Shown one piece after another: positions 50,271-60,201 of a stretch of DNA of 60,414 nucleotides. Under the pieces are notes generated by a model. That model did no database searches, had not been told where the DNA came from, and worked only from the letters and a program-made list of their open reading frames with translations. The stretch's first letter is position 1. Each line of letters starts with the position of its first letter. Both the position numbers and the translations under genes were made by a program. This DNA is from Candidatus Woesearchaeota archaeon (GTDB taxonomy: Archaea > Nanobdellota > Nanobdellia > Woesearchaeales > WAPY01). Location of the stretch: assembly GCA_049700835.1 (NCBI GenBank), contig JBNAUL010000001.1, positions 432,043 to 492,456 on the forward strand. Direction: 5' to 3'.

Positions 50271-50911
50271 AAACTATGAGTTGTAATAAGGAAAAAGGAT
50301 TAAACAACACTATCAGTAAGGAAATAGAACTCCTAAAAAAGTATCATAATTACAAGAATATAATACTGCATTCAATTACAGTAGCAAAATTGTCAGCAAA
50401 GATTGCAGAGGAAATAAAGAGAAATAACCCTAAATTGAAATTGAATGTTAAAGAAGTGAAAAAAGGTGCTCTTTTGCACGATATTGACAAATTCCTTACC
50501 CTGAAAAAGAATTACAAAAAGGCATTACTCACTTGCAAAAGATTTAGAATAAAAAAGGATAAAATAGAGCATGGAGTTTTAGGAGCAGAAATCTTGAAAA
50601 GAGAAGGACTTGAAGAATACTCTGATTATTGCCTTAAGCACCCTTTTTGCAAGATATTACACTATAAAAAAGAACCTCTAAGTTTGAAAATAGTTTATTT
50701 TGCTGACAAGATAGCAGGTGATGGAGCAATGGTCAGCATTGAAAGAAAAATAAAAGTATGGATGAAGAGGTACGGTATAAAAGGTTCAGAGTTAAGTAAA
50801 TTAAGAAAATCGCTTAAAGAATTCAGGCAAATAGAAAATGAACTTGTTAAAAAAACAGGAATGAATAAAAAGGAATTTTACAAAGTATTAAACTCAACAC
50901 TTAAAAAATGA
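50267..50911 (+). CDS. HD-domain phosphohydrolase
   Basis: [31 protein letters not shown]. Confidence 0.85.
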   Translation: MKTMSCNKEKGLNNTISKEIELLKKYHNYKNIILHSITVAKLSAKIAEEIKRNNPKLKLNVKEVKKGALLHDIDKFLTLKKNYKKALLTCKRFRIKKDKIEHGVLGAEILKREGLEEYSDYCLKHPFCKILHYKKEPLSLKIVYFADKIAGDGAMVSIERKIKVWMKRYGIKGSELSKLRKSLKEFRQIENELVKKTGMNKKEFYKVLNSTLKK

Positions 50912-52020
50912 CAAAAGACTATTACAAAATCTTAGGAGTGAGCAGCAACGCTACTCAGGAAGAGATAAAAAAGGCATACAAAAAACTCGCGAAGCAGTAT
51001 CACCCTGATCTCCACAAAGGAGACAAGGAAAAAGAGGAGCGCTTTAAGGAAATAAATGAAGCATACAGGGTTTTGAGCGATGAAAAATTAAGGGAGAACT
51101 ATGATAAATACGGAAGCGCAGAGCCTGGTTTTGAATCAGGAACGCAGGCAGGAACCTATGGGTTTGATTTCAGGGATTTTGGATTTGATTTTGATAATGA
51201 TTCATTTTTTGGAGAGAATTTTGACAACATTTTTGAGAACTTTTTTGGCTTCAACACAAGAACAAGAAAAAAGCAAAGAGTTAGAAAAGGAAGCGATGTC
51301 TATCATGAAATTGAAATAACATTAGAAGAAGCAGCAACAGGAACAAAAAAGGAGATTTCAATAAACATAAATGAAAAGTGCACTTTCTGCAACGGCACAG
51401 GAGCTCAAGAGGAAAAAACATGCGATAATTGCAAAGGTAGTGGTTATATAAGAAAGACAAGAAGAACTCCTTTTGGTTTGTTCTCAACAACAACAACCTG
51501 CGATAAATGCAATGGAACTGGTAGAATAATAACCAAAAAGTGCGCTCACTGCAACGGAACAGGATACATAAAGAAGAAAAGAGAAATTGAAATAAAAATA
51601 CCAGAAGGCGTTGAGGACAACACAACCTTGAGGATACAAGGCGCTGGAAATCTTGCTGATATTCCAGGTGACCTTTTTGTGGTTATTAGAATAAAAAAAC
51701 ATGAATTGTTTGAGAGAAAAGCAAACAACATTTACTATAAAACATCAATCTCATTTCCAGATGCTGTTTTTGGGACAAAGGTAGAAGTTCCAACAATAAG
51801 AAAAGAGAAAGTAGAGTTGAAAATACCTGCAGGTACTCAGCCAGGAACAATATTCAGGATGAAAGGACTTGGAATAAGAGATATTAGAACAGGAAGCATT
51901 GGAGACATGTTTGTCAAGATTAATATAGAAGTTCCAAAAAAACTGACAAAGGAGCAGTATGAAATAATAAAGAAGTTGCAGGAAGAATTCTCAAAACAAA
52001 AGAAATTCAAAATTTTTTAG
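50908..52020 (+). CDS. dnaJ: Chaperone DnaJ
   Basis: J domain with HPD, G/F-rich linker, four CxxCxGxG repeats. Confidence 0.98.
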   Translation: MTKDYYKILGVSSNATQEEIKKAYKKLAKQYHPDLHKGDKEKEERFKEINEAYRVLSDEKLRENYDKYGSAEPGFESGTQAGTYGFDFRDFGFDFDNDSFFGENFDNIFENFFGFNTRTRKKQRVRKGSDVYHEIEITLEEAATGTKKEISININEKCTFCNGTGAQEEKTCDNCKGSGYIRKTRRTPFGLFSTTTTCDKCNGTGRIITKKCAHCNGTGYIKKKREIEIKIPEGVEDNTTLRIQGAGNLADIPGDLFVVIRIKKHELFERKANNIYYKTSISFPDAVFGTKVEVPTIRKEKVELKIPAGTQPGTIFRMKGLGIRDIRTGSIGDMFVKINIEVPKKLTKEQYEIIKKLQEEFSKQKKFKIF

Positions 52021-52030
52021 ATGAAAGAAA

Positions 52031-52588
52031 ATGAAATTGAACAAAATTAAGAATGGATTTTCAATCACAGAAATAAAACACTTGATGCTTTCTTGGGCGT
52101 TCATATCAATAATATTCTACAATGCTTTTAAAATACCGCTAATCTATTCTTTACTCACAGTTGGTTTAGGATTTCTTGTTCATGAATTAACGCACAGATT
52201 TGTTGCAAGAAAGCAAGAACTTTATGCTGAATACAGGGCAGATTTTTTAATGCTCTTGGTTTCATTCTTCATCTCATTCGCAGGCATAATATTTTTGGCT
52301 CCAGGAGGTGTGATAATCCTTGGTCATGTAACAAAAAGAAAAAATGGCATAATCTCGTTGTCAGGGCCCTTGTCAAACCTAACCCTTGCAATTCTGTTTT
52401 TATTCCTGTCATTGGCAACAAATGCTCAGATATTAGTTTACGGTTTTACGATAAACTCATGGCTTGCGTTCTTCAACCTATTGCCATTTCCTGGTTTTGA
52501 CGGAAGCAAAGTGCTTGCATGGAATAAAATTGTTTATGCAGTTGTTGCAGTGCTCGCTTTAATGCTCGTGTTTTTATCATATATTTGA
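52031..52588 (+). CDS. Site-2 protease family (M50) membrane metalloprotease
   Basis: HELTH, GPLSN, FNLLPFPGFDG. Confidence 0.9.
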   Translation: MKLNKIKNGFSITEIKHLMLSWAFISIIFYNAFKIPLIYSLLTVGLGFLVHELTHRFVARKQELYAEYRADFLMLLVSFFISFAGIIFLAPGGVIILGHVTKRKNGIISLSGPLSNLTLAILFLFLSLATNAQILVYGFTINSWLAFFNLLPFPGFDGSKVLAWNKIVYAVVAVLALMLVFLSYI

Positions 52589-52691
52589 TTTTTGTTGTTT
52601 AGTTTTGCTTAATTTTACATCATTTTTAGTCACTGGACAAAAGGACAAAAGCGCGCATAATTTTTTTTAAAAAGCAAATCTGACAAAATCA

Positions 52692-53474
52692 ATGATGATA
52701 AGGAACAGTTTCATATTCCTAAACAATTTTGGATATTCCAAAGAAAAATCATTATGGAATTCAGGTATTCTAAGCTGGGAGGACTTTCTAAAAAAGAAAA
52801 AAATATGTGGGCTCTCAAAAATCAGCAAAGAAAAGAATGACAGAAAGATAATTGACGCTGAAAGAGCATTGGAAAGCAGAAACACTGAATTTTTCATAAA
52901 ATATTTTCCTAAAAGAGAGAGTTGGAGATTGTATCAAGAATTCAAGAATTCTTCAATATTCCTTGACATAGAAACAGACGATTATTCAAAGCTGACAGTT
53001 GTATCTTTAAGCGATGGTTATGACTCAAGAACATTCATAAGAGGTTTTAATCTTGATTTAAAGAGCATTGAAAAAATAATCTCAAATTATGAGATGATAG
53101 TTACATTCAATGGTTTGAGTTTTGACTTGCGGATACTTGGAAGGCATATTAGTTTTAAAAATAGAATACTGCTAGATCTAAGGCCTGTTTTTGTAAGGAT
53201 GGGATACAACATTGGGCTCAAGGAAATAGAAAGAATCTTTGGAATAAGTAGGAGCGAAAGAGTTGATGGTTTAAAAGGAGAAGATGCCTTGTTCTTGTGG
53301 AAAAATTTTTTAAAAACAAGAAATAGGAAAAACCTGAAATTATTGATAGAGTATAACTATTATGATTCTTGGAATCTGAAGCCGTTGGCAGAGATTGCTT
53401 ATAAGAAAATGAGAGAAATCTGCTTTGAAAGAGAAATAAAAAAAAGGAAAAGCAGAATAATGATAAACTTTTGA
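52692..53474 (+). CDS. YprB-like RNase H-fold 3'-5' exonuclease
   Basis: FLDIET, VTFNGLSFD, GLKEIE, LIEYNYYD. Confidence 0.85.
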   Translation: MMIRNSFIFLNNFGYSKEKSLWNSGILSWEDFLKKKKICGLSKISKEKNDRKIIDAERALESRNTEFFIKYFPKRESWRLYQEFKNSSIFLDIETDDYSKLTVVSLSDGYDSRTFIRGFNLDLKSIEKIISNYEMIVTFNGLSFDLRILGRHISFKNRILLDLRPVFVRMGYNIGLKEIERIFGISRSERVDGLKGEDALFLWKNFLKTRNRKNLKLLIEYNYYDSWNLKPLAEIAYKKMREICFEREIKKRKSRIMINF

Positions 53475-53885
53475 GCGAACAATTCAAAAATAATAAAAAA
53501 TAATAAAATCAAAAGAATATAACAGAAACTCAAATAAGAAGCAAGTAAAAAAGCAAGTAAAAAATATGATAATAGCAAAATAAAAACAACTATGCCTGAA
53601 ATAAAATTAAATAAAAAATTTAATAAGCAAAAATTGTTAGAAGATTTTTTGCAGATTATTTTTCATTTAATAAATTTTTCTAAGGCAAGCATTGAAATTT
53701 TAAATTAAAACGATTAAAAAGAGGAGAAAGAAGCAGAAGAATAAACTGCTTGGTTTTGCATCAAATGCTTTGTAATCATCAATAAAAGCAGCAGAACTTT
53801 TAGAACCAAAAACGGCAATTGAGATAATTAAAAATGAGGAAAAATGAAGAAAAATATTTTTTATCTTTATTTTTGTCTTAAATCT

Positions 53886-54485
53886 TTACCTTGCAGAATC
53901 AGCCTGTCTCTCCAAATCAAGTTTTTTTGATATTGCATTGGAATTTTTGCTCATGTAATAAGCATTTATTATTTCGTTTGCCAATGCCTCTGCATAAGAA
54001 ATCTTTTTGTTAAAAGAACTCGCATAAGCTCCTTGTGTGAAATATCTAAGTGCAAGATCAATCCTTCTTTGCGGAGAACACTCAACAGCCTTTGGATATC
54101 TTGCGCCTCCGTATTCAATGCTGACAACCTCTTCCCTTGGAGCAGCATTCTCTATTGCCTTAACAAAAACCTTTATTGGATTTTCTTTGGTTTCCTTTTC
54201 AATAATCTCAAATGCCTGCTCAACAATTCCATAAGCAGTGTGGGATTTTCCAGTCTGCTTGTAAGAAGTTATCTTGTGCTTTTTTCCCTTGTGCCCTGTT
54301 ACCATTATTTTGTTTATTAATCTCTCAACAATGAAAATCTTTGACTTATAGAAACGCTTTCCTGCATACCTTGCGCCTGTTTTTGGAATTAATCTTGGTT
54401 CTAAATTGATATAGTTTACCAGCCCTTTGTCCTCTATTTTTATTCCTTCAGTGCTCCACTTTCCAAAAGCTTTAATCTCGCTCAT
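53886..54485 (-). CDS. rps7: 30S ribosomal protein uS7 (archaeal)
   Basis: IVERLINK, AIENAAPREE, SPQRRIDLALR, ERQADSAR. Confidence 0.97.
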   Translation of the reverse strand: MSEIKAFGKWSTEGIKIEDKGLVNYINLEPRLIPKTGARYAGKRFYKSKIFIVERLINKIMVTGHKGKKHKITSYKQTGKSHTAYGIVEQAFEIIEKETKENPIKVFVKAIENAAPREEVVSIEYGGARYPKAVECSPQRRIDLALRYFTQGAYASSFNKKISYAEALANEIINAYYMSKNSNAISKKLDLERQADSAR

Positions 54486-54510
54486 TTTTTAAAATGTAGT
54501 TTAAGAGCTA

Positions 54511-54524
54511 TTTATAAAACTTTC
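54511..54524 (-). promoter_or_regulatory. BRE-TATA promoter of rps7
   Basis: Minus strand GAAAGTTTTATAAA about 25 nt upstream of the ATG. Confidence 0.55.
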
Positions 54525-54655
54525 TGTTTTCCAGAAATTAAATTATGGTTAATAAAGCAACTCTTAAATCATAGCATTCAAAAATCAAAAAAGCAGAACA
54601 GCATTAGTAAATTTTAAATATTAATTATAACTTGCTCTTTTCAGGGGGTGGAACG

Positions 54656-54778
54656 ATTAGCTGGAAATTAGAAGTCATAAGACTATTAGAGGATTCCTTT
54701 GTGAGCAAGCAGGTAGAGTTTAAAGACGGAAAAATCTTTATGAGGGCAAAGAAAAGGGGAATAATCAGAATAGAATGA
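54656..54778 (+). CDS. Candidate 40-aa small protein with ATT start (alternative TTG 54632)
   Basis: TATA-like TTTTAAATA (54612), GGGGTG SD 5 nt before ATT, open frame ISWKLEVIRLLEDSFVSKQVEFKDGKIFMRAKKRGIIRIE*, then T-rich tract. Confidence 0.5.
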   Translation: MSWKLEVIRLLEDSFVSKQVEFKDGKIFMRAKKRGIIRIE

Positions 54779-54902
54779 AATTAGAATTTCTGCCTTTTTC
54801 TTTTTCTTTTTATTATGTTTTCTTTGATTGATTTTTTATATTCTTGTTTTGTCCAAGCGCAAAAACAAAATTTTATTAAACCTTTGATGATTATTTTTTG
54901 CT

Positions 54903-55595
54903 ATGAAATCGGTTTTCATAGAAGCAAGGGCTAATGCAAGCGTTAAAATGAACAGGCAGGCATTAGAAAGAATTAAAAAGATGTCAAAAAACATAGGCCT
55001 GATAACAACTGTTCAGCATGTTCATAAAATAAGAGAGTTAGGAGAACAGCTCAAGAAAATAGGCAAAGAAGTATTCTATGCAAAGGGAGAAATAGCAAAA
55101 TATGAGTCACAAATTCTGGGCTGCGACATAGGGGCTGCATTGAAAATAAAGGAAAAAGTTGATTTTTACATATATGTTGGCACAGGAAAGTTTCATCCCT
55201 TAGAAGTTTTCATAAAAACAGGAAAACCTGTTATAATTTACAACCCTTACTCAAAAAATATTTCAGAGATAAGCAGAAATGAACTTGAAATCCAAAATAA
55301 GAGAAGAAGAACAGCTATGCTGAAATTCTTATCTGCAGAAAAGATCGGCATATTGGTTTCAACAAAAATTGGGCAGAAAAAATTAGAACTTGCTTTGAAA
55401 TTAAAAGAGAAAATTGAAAACAAGGGAAAAAAGGCATTCATACTGATGTTTGAAACCTTGGATTTCTCTCAACTTGAAAACTTTAATTTTATAGAATGCT
55501 TTGTCAACACTGCTTGTCCAAGATTGATTGATGATTACGAAAGGTTTCCTAAACCTGTTGTGAATGTAGAAGAAATAATTGGTTTCTTGGATTAA
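54903..55595 (+). CDS. dph2: Diphthamide biosynthesis Dph2-family protein, short form
   Basis: TTVQH, QILGCD, GTGKFH, GILVSTKIGQ, NTACPR. Confidence 0.88.
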   Translation: MKSVFIEARANASVKMNRQALERIKKMSKNIGLITTVQHVHKIRELGEQLKKIGKEVFYAKGEIAKYESQILGCDIGAALKIKEKVDFYIYVGTGKFHPLEVFIKTGKPVIIYNPYSKNISEISRNELEIQNKRRRTAMLKFLSAEKIGILVSTKIGQKKLELALKLKEKIENKGKKAFILMFETLDFSQLENFNFIECFVNTACPRLIDDYERFPKPVVNVEEIIGFLD

Positions 55596-55653
55596 AAACT
55601 GATCAAAAATAATTTCTCAATATGCTCTTTATCAGCTCATTATTAGCTTATTA

Positions 55654-56565
55654 TTAGCTCTTTATTATTAAATCCTTTGCCTGATTGTTGAAAATATTGA
55701 TTTTGTCTGAGAAACCAAAGCCAAATCCATAACCCAAGACAAAGCTCTGCTTTGAAAAGAAATTATACAAACTTTCTACAAAGCCCTTTCTCTTTTTCAA
55801 CTCAACGATCTTAGGGGTTTCATTTATTACAAGCTGTATGCGTTTTAATGCCTCTTCTTTTCCTCCAATCTCGTCTATAAGATTTAGTTTTAACGCTTGC
55901 TCCCCTACATAGAACAAACCGCTTGAGACTTCTTTTTTTTGTTCCTCATCGAGTTTCCTCTTTGCAGAAACATCGTTCAAAAAATAATCATTTACAATTT
56001 TCAATCTCTGCTCAAAAATCTTTTGTTCCTCATCGCTCATGTTCCTGAAAGGGGTTCCTATATCTTTGTATTCTCCTTCAACTAACCTCCTGTAATAAAC
56101 CCCGTATTTTTCCATAAGCCCTGAGAATTCAAGATAAGACGAGTATGTTCCAATGCTTCCTACAATAGAAGCCCTACTTGCTATTATGTAATCAGAACTT
56201 GCAGCAATCCAATAAGCGCCGCTTGCTCCTATGTCTTTTATTAGAGAAACTACTGTTTTGTTCATGCTACTTACCTTCTTGACAATCTCCTCGCAGGAAA
56301 CAGCGCTTCCGCCTCCTGAATTTATCTCCAACAAAACAGCTTTTATGTTTGGAAGCTTTTCTGCTCTTTCCAATAAATCTGTAACATCCTCAGGACTTAT
56401 GTAGCTTGAAAACAAACTCTCTGAATAGCTTTGAATTGGAGCATTTATCCTTATCAAAGCAACATTTCCATAAAGCTCTTCTGCATTAAGCGATGATACT
56501 ATTAGATAGCTAGTAAGCCAGACAGCAAAGAGTATTAAAAAAACATACTTTAATTTTTCATTCAT
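55654..56565 (-). CDS. sppA: Signal peptide peptidase SppA (S49)
   Basis: INSGGGSAV, GASGAYWIA, IVGSIG, YKDIG. Confidence 0.93.
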   Translation of the reverse strand: MNEKLKYVFLILFAVWLTSYLIVSSLNAEELYGNVALIRINAPIQSYSESLFSSYISPEDVTDLLERAEKLPNIKAVLLEINSGGGSAVSCEEIVKKVSSMNKTVVSLIKDIGASGAYWIAASSDYIIASRASIVGSIGTYSSYLEFSGLMEKYGVYYRRLVEGEYKDIGTPFRNMSDEEQKIFEQRLKIVNDYFLNDVSAKRKLDEEQKKEVSSGLFYVGEQALKLNLIDEIGGKEEALKRIQLVINETPKIVELKKRKGFVESLYNFFSKQSFVLGYGFGFGFSDKINIFNNQAKDLIIKS

Positions 56566-56655
56566 GGAAATTACCTCTTTTTATTGCATTTTTATTGTTC
56601 TTTATTTTATTCTTTATTTATCTTTTTGTTATTTTTTATCTTCTTATTATTTAAC

Positions 56656-57780
56656 TTATCTTAATTTTGCATTGCAATAAGGGCAAAACTCATAACCCTT
56701 TGGTATTTCCCTTTCGCAGGCAGGGCAAATCTCTGTGTTCTTGAAATACTTCTGCCATCTCTTCCTATATTTTTCAGCTTCTCTTTCATACTGCTCAATC
56801 AGTTTTTTGTGCTTCTCAATGCTTTTCTTGTCATTCAAATAGTTAAGTAGTTTGTAATGCGTTTCTGCCTTTTTCAAGCTTTCCTTCTCAAGTTTTTTGT
56901 AGAGATTTATCTCCTTTATTCTTTTATAGTGCTTTGCTATGTTTTCTCCCTTAATCTTTACGCTGAACAAAATCAGCAGGAAAATAGTTGAAAATGCAAA
57001 AAACAAAGTCCATCTGAAAGCAGTCCTTAATTCTTTTGGATACTCACACTTGTGCATAACAGGGCTCTTTAAAAAACCGCAGTTGAGTTTTGCACATGCA
57101 TGGTTCTTAAACTCTTCGTCAAAATTGCAATTCAAAAAAACGCATTTATTCTCCTCACACTTTTCATCATCTTTACATTCATAATCCCTGCAGCACTCAT
57201 GCCTAATGCAGGAATGGTTGTAAACATAGCTGCAGTAATCGCAGCTCAGATTAAAGCAAATGCCATTATTGCAGTATCTGTTTTGCTCGCAATCAAAATC
57301 ATTCTTGCAATTCTTTAACGGATAAGGCATTACTGTGAGGTTCATCAGTTCATAGCATCTCAGAGTTTCTCCTGTATCATTTGAGTAAATCTTGAAGCAT
57401 GGTCTGAAATAGAATGTAGTAAAATTGTCTGGCTTTGGAATCTTTGAGCGCAAAATAAAGTTTTTGTAAGAATCACTCTCTATCTCAGAACCAGTTGTTT
57501 CAGTAATTATCTTGTTGCTTGAATCCATTATTATTATTGAACTAACAGTCATCTTTTCAAGTCCTTCGTTTGAAATCATAACCTTCCACAAAATCTCTTT
57601 TCCTTCATAACAATACTTATCAATGCAGTCATAACTAATATTGAATCCTGCTCTTGCGCTACCTGAAAGAATTAAAATTGAAATTAGCATTGCAAAAAGA
57701 ATTATCTTTAGTAAAACTCCTCTGTCTCTTTCAATCAAATGCGCGGCTTTTCTTCCTTTATTTATTTTATTCTTTTTCAT
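56656..57780 (-). CDS. Membrane protein with extracellular Cys-rich repeats and cytoplasmic zinc ribbon
   Basis: Signal/TM, dense Cys block (CKNDFDC...CNNGIC...CCRDYEC...CEENKC), second TM, C-terminal CPAC..CPYC. Confidence 0.75.
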   Translation of the reverse strand: MKKNKINKGRKAAHLIERDRGVLLKIILFAMLISILILSGSARAGFNISYDCIDKYCYEGKEILWKVMISNEGLEKMTVSSIIIMDSSNKIITETTGSEIESDSYKNFILRSKIPKPDNFTTFYFRPCFKIYSNDTGETLRCYELMNLTVMPYPLKNCKNDFDCEQNRYCNNGICFNLSCDYCSYVYNHSCIRHECCRDYECKDDEKCEENKCVFLNCNFDEEFKNHACAKLNCGFLKSPVMHKCEYPKELRTAFRWTLFFAFSTIFLLILFSVKIKGENIAKHYKRIKEINLYKKLEKESLKKAETHYKLLNYLNDKKSIEKHKKLIEQYEREAEKYRKRWQKYFKNTEICPACEREIPKGYEFCPYCNAKLR

Positions 57781-57812
57781 TTCTCATTAAATCCTGAATT
57801 TTTACTGGATTT

Positions 57813-58334
57813 TTACAAAATTGTTCTCTTCTCAACAGTTCTCAAACCCAAAATCTTTTCTGTTAATCTTGTTCTTTCTTTGCCAAATAAAAAAACAAAA
57901 TCAAAAATCCACAAAACAACAAAAGGCAATGCAGGGAACAAAACGATATTTTTCAAAAGGCACTGCAGCAGATTTGGTTTTTTATCTTTTGTTCTCAAAG
58001 ATTCAACATAAATTCCTGTTATTATCTTTCCAGGGGTTTGCTGAAGTATGAATTCAAAGATTACAAAGTAAGATATTATAAGCAGGAAAACAGGAATGAT
58101 GTAAGAATAAAGCATGAATGAAATTTCCAAGTCGTAATTATAGATAGAGATGTTCATTTTTTGCACAGCATCAAATATTCTACGGAAAGGAGAAAAGATA
58201 GTTGCATTTATTATCAGAAAATCGATAACTGAGGCCAAAATTCTGGTTATAGGATTTGCAGCAAAAACAAACTCTCTTGGTTTGCTGATTCTTGCTTTAC
58301 TATTCAATAGAAGCCCTGCCTCTTTTTTTGCCAT
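57813..58334 (-). CDS. RDD-family membrane protein
   Basis: RILASVIDFLI, QTPGK. Confidence 0.85.
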   Translation of the reverse strand: MAKKEAGLLLNSKARISKPREFVFAANPITRILASVIDFLIINATIFSPFRRIFDAVQKMNISIYNYDLEISFMLYSYIIPVFLLIISYFVIFEFILQQTPGKIITGIYVESLRTKDKKPNLLQCLLKNIVLFPALPFVVLWIFDFVFLFGKERTRLTEKILGLRTVEKRTIL

Positions 58335-58376
58335 GAAAAATATTCTTGCGTTTTTAATATAAAAAACTTTGTTTTT

Positions 58377-59030
58377 TTACGGCTTGCAAATATTGCAGGG
58401 TTTATAGCCAGAACTCAATGCATCGCTTTTGTTCCCAAAATAAATCCTGTTGTTTCTGGAGATTCTCTTTGCAATCCTGCAATCGCTTCTGTGAAAAATT
58501 TTGTTCTTCTTTGAACCAATAAATTTCTTTGACGCTTCTTCAATCAACTTTTCGCTCTTCTTTAGAATTTCTGCCTCCTTTTTGAGTTCTTCAACAAGCT
58601 TGTCCCTTAACTCATCCTTCTCTTTGGCTTCTTCTATTATTGTTTCCTCTTTTTTAGTTATTGTTTCTTCTTTCTTTGGCTCTTTTTTTGTTGAGAAGAA
58701 CAGCGTGAACATCAAAAACAAAAAAACAAATAATCTTAAAACAAGCCCTGCCTTGTATATAAGCATCAGTATTAAAAAAACATTCATCAGCAGAAAACTG
58801 GAGAGCAAGAGATATTCTTTTAAACTCCACATTCTAATCCTTGCTATATTAAAGAAAAGCAACAAATTGAACAATATTAGAATAATCAAAAGAGAAATTC
58901 TTATTATTTCAATTCTGAAACTAAAAACAGGATGGTAAATTGAACTAATTGTAAATATTCCTGCTATTGCAATTAGGACCAACAGCGCAAGCAGCGCATT
59001 GCTCTTTCTTTCAAGAATATTGCTGCTCAT
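58377..59030 (-). CDS. Membrane protein with C-terminal Ada-like metal-binding domain
   Basis: Four TM segments; FIGSKKNKIFHRSDC...GYKPCNICKP. Confidence 0.8.
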   Translation of the reverse strand: MSSNILERKSNALLALLVLIAIAGIFTISSIYHPVFSFRIEIIRISLLIILILFNLLLFFNIARIRMWSLKEYLLLSSFLLMNVFLILMLIYKAGLVLRLFVFLFLMFTLFFSTKKEPKKEETITKKEETIIEEAKEKDELRDKLVEELKKEAEILKKSEKLIEEASKKFIGSKKNKIFHRSDCRIAKRISRNNRIYFGNKSDALSSGYKPCNICKP

Positions 59031-59095
59031 ATCAGGAAATAAACCAATCTAATATTTAAATCTTTTGAAATTTTTCTATTTTAAAGTGAAAAATT

Positions 59096-59443
59096 TTAGA
59101 ATTCTTCTAAATCCTCAAAGCCCTTCAGGTAGCCCTTCTTTGCAAGGTATTCAATCTCGCTTCTCCTGTACTTGAAAATAACATCCCCTTTTTTATCCCC
59201 GCCATATTCCCACGGCTCAACAATAACAGCATCTCCAGGTCTAACCCACAAACTCTTTTTTAATCTTCCAGGAATCCTGCAAACCCTTTCTTTGCCATCC
59301 AAACATCTAACCCTCATCCTAGAAGCACCTAAACGTTCCTCTACAATTCCAATTACTTCTCTGCCTTTTGGAAGTTTAACTTTATAACCAGGGAAACTAT
59401 CACTTTCATTTTTATTGTTAAACTCATTTTCTCTAAATTCCAT
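59096..59443 (-). CDS. eif1a: Translation initiation factor aIF-1A
   Basis: LGASRMRVRCLDGKERVCRIPG, WVRPGDAVIVEPW, KGDVIFKY; start ATG 59443 or 59461. Confidence 0.96.
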   Translation of the reverse strand: MEFRENEFNNKNESDSFPGYKVKLPKGREVIGIVEERLGASRMRVRCLDGKERVCRIPGRLKKSLWVRPGDAVIVEPWEYGGDKKGDVIFKYRRSEIEYLAKKGYLKGFEDLEEF

Positions 59444-59539
59444 GTTCTTATTGAAAACCATGCTCTTTATATAAATATTTCTATTATTGAAAAATAAAAA
59501 ACAAAAAATTAAAATAATAATGAAATCCTTGCAAATCAT

Positions 59540-60055
59540 ATGAACAGCAAAAAGAACAAAATAAAGAAGAACAATAAAATCACAGGCGTTTTTAAAAAGA
59601 CAAGAAAAAGGTTTTTTAGTTCAAAAATCATAAACTCAAACTCAACAATCTTTTTCATTTTAATTGTTTTAGACCTAATGGTAAAGAAAATCATTAGAGA
59701 AGGAATCAATGTTGAATACGAATGCGTAAAGATTAATTTCATAAAAAACACAGGAATTGTTTTTGGTTTGTTTCAAGGAAGTTCAAAGATAATAGCAGTT
59801 GCAAGCATAATAGTCATATTGCTCATACTGATGAATCACAAAATGATTTCAGAGACAAAGGAAAAGAGATTTTCCTTGATGCTCATCATTTCTGGATTGT
59901 TGAGCAACGCAATAGATAGATTATTTCTTGGATTTGCAACTGATTTTTTATGCATAGGATTTTGGCCTTGCTTCAATCTTGCTGATACTTACTTGGTCAT
60001 AGGAGTTTTAAGTTATGTTTTCTTTACACTTAAAGAGAAAAAGAAAAAGCCATAA
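59540..60055 (+). CDS. lspA: Signal peptidase II-like aspartic protease (A8)
   Basis: DLMVK, NTGIVFG, GLLSNAIDR, TDFL, FNLAD. Confidence 0.88.
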   Translation: MNSKKNKIKKNNKITGVFKKTRKRFFSSKIINSNSTIFFILIVLDLMVKKIIREGINVEYECVKINFIKNTGIVFGLFQGSSKIIAVASIIVILLILMNHKMISETKEKRFSLMLIISGLLSNAIDRLFLGFATDFLCIGFWPCFNLADTYLVIGVLSYVFFTLKEKKKKP

Positions 60056-60201
60056 TGAAAATATTTTAAAATTTTTAACTTTTAAACAGATACAAAAAAT
60101 AAAAAAATTAAAAATAGCAATATTTAAATATAAAAAAAGCAATTTTTCTTCTAAACAAGCACTTTAGCATAAAACAAAAATCTCTTTAAAGAGGTGTTAG
60201 A

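Noticed and set aside
53475..53885. 38-codon ORF at 53592 and further purine-rich fragments
   Set aside because: No SD, multiple stops and no motif; could be decayed coding DNA but cannot be supported
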